The position numbers and the translations under genes were made by a program. Below are positions 58,614-64,000 of a stretch of 64,000 nucleotides of DNA, in pieces; position 1 is the stretch's first letter; every line of letters begins with the position of its first letter. The stretch covers positions 8,866,001-8,930,000 of the forward strand of contig CM022676.1 in the NCBI GenBank assembly GCA_012295275.1, written 5' to 3'. Origin of the DNA: Chrysomallon squamiferum (taxonomy: Eukaryota; Animalia; Mollusca). Under the pieces are notes generated by a model that saw only the letters and a program-made list of their open reading frames with translations, was not told the DNA's origin and searched no databases.

Positions 58614-58890
58614 GAGAATAAAGAGAATAAAGAAAAAATGTTCTGCATTATTGTCAAATCATACACTAAACTAAATTTCAGACAAAAAGCTGAAAATAAA
58701 CAGTCGACTTCTTTGAATAGGTAAGATTACATCGTACAGGTTGGAAACTCGACATGTTTCCGCTCTCAGAATTGTTCCAGTTTTTAAACATAAGGACATA
58801 GCCTGAAAATAGGATCTAAGTCTAAACATATATTTCATGTACACCTTATACAAGAATCTACATAATATTTTTGCACATATTTAATTTTAA

Positions 58891-58929
<39 letters not shown>

Positions 58930-60013
58930 TGCTTTGCTAGGATAGGATAGGATAGGAAAAAAATTAACGTGCTAATCAGAGCAAGCTGTTGTGAAGCACG
59001 TCTGCGACGGGCACGCTTTCTGACAAGTCAGCGGGCGTGTCCGTCACAGAACGGGCACGCTTTCTGGTCATGGCCTTATATACTTTCACTTACATCTGAA
59101 CTACAGATCACTTGCCAAATGAAAGGAATCTTTAGCATTTAATTAGCCTGAATTACTAATTAACTGACTCGCACCAGTTAGCTTTGATGTTAGGTGATGT
59201 TTTATAAGAAGTTTAAGCTAGAGCAATGAATCCAAATGCCTTTGATCAAGTTTAATTAGTAATTAGTTGACTCAAGAGAGCTTCGACTAAGTTACTGGAA
59301 TTAGTAATCCAAATGCCTTTAATCAACTTTAAAATAACACTTTACTAATTTATTGGAATGTTGCTTAAGGTTCATTCTAAATGGTATATTTGAAGAAAAA
59401 TGGGGGTAAGTTGTCCGGGAGCAATTGTCCTGATACCTTACGGGTGTGGGGGGGGGGCGATAAAAAGTGTCCCCTCAAGATAGGTAGCACAGTATACAGT
59501 AAGTCCATCATACTATTTTCATAATTTCATAAATAGTGATTGAATTTATCATATCACAGAATTTAAGATACTTCATACTGATTGAATTCATCATATAACT
59601 GAATTTTAAATACTGAGACAATTCATTGTGAAATTTTAGATATTAAGTAGTGAATTCATTGAGTTCTTAAAATGCGTAATAAGTCCATCATATCACTGAA
59701 ATAGAAATATTAAATATTTAATGAATTGAGCAAATCACTGCAGTTACAAATGTTGAATGAATTCGTCAAATCATTTGATTAATTCGAATTACATGTTGAA
59801 TTACACATCTGTTTGTTTGACATAAATTATGAATATAAAGTTAAATAAATAACTGTTCTCAAACATTTTCAGATATTCTTTCTTCAGTCTTCGATATTTT
59901 GGTGATTTCAAAAAAAATAAAGCCAGCAATGTTAAGAAAATACAGTATCACTGGATAATTGCGTAAACTAATAAAAACTATTGATAACGATATCGAAACA
60001 CCTATAACATATG

Positions 60014-60060
<47 letters not shown>

Positions 60061-61385
60061 CCAATGTTCCATGTATTTGAGTATTTCACACCATAAAAAC
60101 GGTGATCGGATATTTACGGTAGTACACTATGGCCAATGCTTTTTGTTTCATGTTCTGTAATATTTTTCTGTATAAGAAATGATTAACTGAACGTTCATAA
60201 GAAAGATCACAAATACTTAATATTTGTTATGCCTGAATTTCTCAACAAAAAAAAAACAAAAAATAATAATAATAATAAAAAATATTAAAAATAAAAAAGT
60301 GGCATTTTGCAAATCATCCCTTACGAACTCGTTTTCGAAATATTTTCGTCTGCTTTGCGCAGTTCGGTAAGTTCGGCAGAAATGAAATTGAGAGCTTAAA
60401 GTACCTAATTTTCTAACCGAAAGCAAATCAGTAATTCTTTTAAGAATTATAATTGCTTATAGGTTGTTGTACAGTTTCAGCAAGTTTTCTGTATTTGTAT
60501 AATGAGAAAATGCATTTCTGTTATCTGCGAATCTTGTTTTATTTATCAATAAAGACTGTAATGACGTCATTTGACACCTAAATGAAGAATATTATTCTTA
60601 TTGTCTTGTTTTGTAACTAGGTATAACATAGAGAAAAAAAAAAAAAAATGAAAAAGAAAAGACTGGAAATGAATTTCCATACGTAGAAGAAACTCAAAAA
60701 AAAAAAAAAAAAAAAAATTGAAAACTAAAACTTAGATTTGGAAAGGAAAAAAAAAAGGAGTATAATACTGGTACATACTTTGATCAACCAGCAGCCTGAA
60801 TCAGGAAGAGCGAAATGACGTCATAACGTTCCAAAAATTTTGTCGTCTATTTATATCATACCTTACAGTGAAGAAATATTTTCTTACAATTACCAGATGA
60901 TTTATGGTCCTACTTGCAATCCAGATTCTTGAATTTTCAACACACACACACATATATATATGCACACACACACACACACACACTTGGAAATGTATATAGA
61001 TGTGTGTGTGTGGGGGCGTGTTTATTTATACATATATTTATGAATCAGCTTCAAATTACTGTTTTCACAGGAGCATGTAATATGAACCATAATAAAGAGC
61101 TTCATTTTCTCTTTCCAGTGCACCGCTTGTTTTTGTTGTGATGAATCTGTACGAACTGTACGAACCTTTGTTACTTTTTAAATATCGCGTCATTGCACGT
61201 ACTCACATAGCGTGGTGTTCTTTCATACGCGTCGGAAAATATATATGCATTCGTTTCTGTCGTCACCAGAAGGCAAAGAAAAAAAAACAGTTTCATCTGA
61301 AAGAGCATAGATTTGTCTATAAAAAGTGATTTATTTATTTATTTATTTATTTATTATTATTATTTTTTTTTTTTTAAATTATATA

Positions 61386-62141
61386 CAGTGGTACCTTGAC
61401 TGACGAGTTTAATTCGTTCCGTGACCGTGCTAGTAACTCCGTTTGCCCGTATATCAAATCAAATTTACCAAATGAAATCAACTGAAATACCATTAATCCG
61501 TTGCGGAGTGTTTTCGAATAAGAAAAATGTATGTATCAATGACAAATATTGTATAACAAAAAAAAAAAGAAAAAAAAAATAAGAAAAAGAGAAGTTAAAG
61601 AAATAAATTCGTTTTGTAAAGTTTACAGGGTTAGAGGGTTTCTCCATCTTTTCATGGACAGAGGTCAGCAGCTTAGAAACTATTTTAACGGCTTTGGCTG
61701 GAGTTATAGTCTTTACCTTCTCCTTCTGCTTCAGTATGGTGCACGTCGTAAAAGTACTACGCTCGTACTGCCTAACCATGTTGACTACGCGCTCAGCTTC
61801 GCATGTTTTTCCGCGATTTCATGCTTTGATTCAATGAACATCATACACTTTTTCTTCTTCTTAGCATTGTCCTTTGGAAATTTGATAAAAATGCTGCATA
61901 AAACACGAGCACAACACGAGAGAGACGCTTCCACAGTGAGGTAACCAACGTGAAACAAACGAGTAAAAATGGGGGATGCTCGACGAATGTCGTGTTGTTC
62001 GTTGCGTCAAGTAGCCACGGCGTATCTCAAGCTCGCATCTAATTAGGATTTTGGCTCGCAACTCAAAGCCAAAAAAAAAATCGACCGGGTGGCTACTCGT
62101 AACATGGGAAGTTGGAGCACTCGTAACTCAAGGTACCACTG
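61386..62141 (-). mobile_element. Tigger/pogo-derived non-autonomous element
   Basis: TA|CAGTGGTACCTTGACTGACGAG ... CTCGTAACTCAAGGTACCACTG|TA. Minus-strand remnant MVRQYERSTFTTCTILKQKEKVKTITPAKAVKIVSKLLTSVHEKMEK. Confidence 0.85.
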
Positions 62142-62351
62142 TATGTATTTTTAACTGAATATATTTTTGTTTCGAAACTTAATAAATAAGTTTTTGTCAG
62201 AAATGAGTTTCGACAACGACCAACTACCTCAGTAAACAAGATGATGGGACGGTGCATTATGACACTTACACTGAAAATAACAGAATGAATCTATACGAGG
62301 AATAATAGATATTTACTATTATTTTTCTTCTTCTTCTTCTTCTTCTTCTTC

Positions 62352-62385
<34 letters not shown>

Positions 62386-62648
62386 CATCATTATTAGTTC
62401 GTTTTTGTTTTTGGTTGGGTTTTTTTTTATTTACCCACTGACTCGTTTTTTAAACTGCAAATATTAAAATATATTCATGGCTTTGTTCGACAAGGTTGGT
62501 GTTAGTGGTTTCAAGGGAGGTAATTTAGGATCGATTTCCAGTTTGACGTTAACATTACTTTGCTTTTAGCCAACATTTCAGTTTATTCTGATGAATAATT
62601 GCTTATCTTCTACACAAACATAGATACATATATATAAATAGATACATA

Positions 62649-62709
<61 letters not shown>

Positions 62710-63556
62710 TGCATACATACGTAAAATATATAAAAAGTAAAGTATGAAATCTACATGTAGTTAAAAGTCCAAACTTTTAATTAATTTATTCGATATATTA
62801 ATAAATCTTTAGTAATAATAATTAAAACAAATAAAAATAAACACAAAACAAAGTGAGGTTTAAAAAAGAAAAATACAATATGCTAATACACGAGTCACGT
62901 TTTGAAAGAGGTAATGATAAGTTTAAACAAATTCAAACAACCAACTCCAATTGTAGCTCATAGGAAAACACAGCTGAATCAGTAAAACGTAGATCATTGT
63001 CGATAAGTAACTTTTCTTGACGAAAAGCTAGAACCAGTCAAATTTGAAGATGCAAACTGCGACCAATCTAGAAATAAAGCAAAGAGACCCGATGAACTAA
63101 TAAAATGAAAATTCTACAATCTATGCGTAGGAATGGATTAAATGTGACATTTTCTCAGAAACATTCTAACTATTCAAACGACAGTTTCTAAACGCACTCA
63201 CAGTTGTAAAGAAATATTCGTATTATGGTCTGTATGTGCACTAAATTCTTATTAATCCGGACATTTTACAGACACATATGTCAAAATTTGAAATAAACAT
63301 TGGAAAACAATAATAACAATAATAATAAAAAGTTAAAAAATTAAAATAAATAAATAAATTAATCAATAAATGCGTTAATAAGTAATTTAATAATAGTAAT
63401 AAAAACAACAGCAACAGCAATAATAATAACAACAACAACAACACCAAAAACGACAACAACAACAACATTAATAATGATTAAAAGTGGTAATGAATAAATC
63501 CAAACGAATAAAAAAATTCACATAAAATGAAATGAATTAATTAATAAAATTCTTAC

Positions 63557-64000
63557 ATAATCAACATTAGACTATCAGGAGACGACGAAGGGCAACAGCT
63601 TATATCCACATGGCCTGAATAATAATAATAATAGTAATAATAATAATAATGATAATAATAATAATAATAATGATAATGATGATGATAATAATAATAATAA
63701 AAAAGAAGAAGAAGGAAGAATATAATGATGATCATCAATAATTGTAATTATTGCTGACCTTGTAACATAAGAATGTTAATAATAACAACACCAACAACGA
63801 CAACAACAAAAATGATAGTGGTAGTAGTAGCAGTAGTAGTAGTAGTAATAGAAGAGGAAAGCGAAGAAGAACAAGACAGTGATGATCAACAACAATCGTA
63901 GTTATTGCTCTACCTGGGAACTGGAGCATCTTGCTTTCATGCTTTTCACCGCCTGGACTCATCATAATAAGAACTGCTTTTTTTCCCACTAAGAAATGAA
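63557..64000 (-). CDS. C2: 3' part of another family B/C relative, truncated by the window edge; exons (>64000)-63914 and 63614-63557
   Basis: ...GKKAVLIMMSPGGEKHESKMLQFP|GHVDISCCPSSSPDSLMLI| with CCAG|GTAGAG, TTCAG|GC and AT|GTAAGA; phases 1 and 2 as in B. Flanks match C1 (57070-57350, 56500-56600). One extra A in the run at ~63978-63984 relative to C1 may be a frameshift. Intact status unknown. Confidence 0.55.

Overview
AT-rich, microsatellite-dense eukaryotic genomic DNA from an invertebrate animal (a mollusc is plausible but not provable here). The long poly-I/Y/N ORFs are (TAT)n artefacts; the real genes are spliced. The window is a birth-and-death cluster of small, fast-diverging extracellular-protein genes. 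(1) 1-28.8 kb: tandem family A, three intact 134-137 aa secreted single-Ig-like-domain genes (A1-A3), one pseudogene, and eight orphan, crippled copies of the signal-peptide exon. (2) 29.5-38 kb: a ~4 kb tandem duplication of a minus-strand, decayed VWD+EGF-domain (VWDE-like) gene segment. (3) 38.5-56 kb: tandem family B, three genes with an N-terminal hydrophobic segment, a 4-Cys ectodomain and a C-terminal GPI-like hydrophobic tail. B1 and B2 differ at 20 of 39 residues in exon 2 with only one purely synonymous codon change. B3 hides ten candidate 21-nt phase-1 micro-exons (APSTTSI/G-type units) in a microsatellite-built higher-order repeat, and has a 2-nt frameshift in exon 2. (4) 56.9-64 kb: two diverged minus-strand relatives of family B, one clearly a pseudogene and one cut by the window edge. 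Several Tc1/mariner- and Tigger/pogo-derived non-autonomous elements are present. All gene models were built by eye from splice signals, phase consistency and paralog comparison, without transcript evidence.
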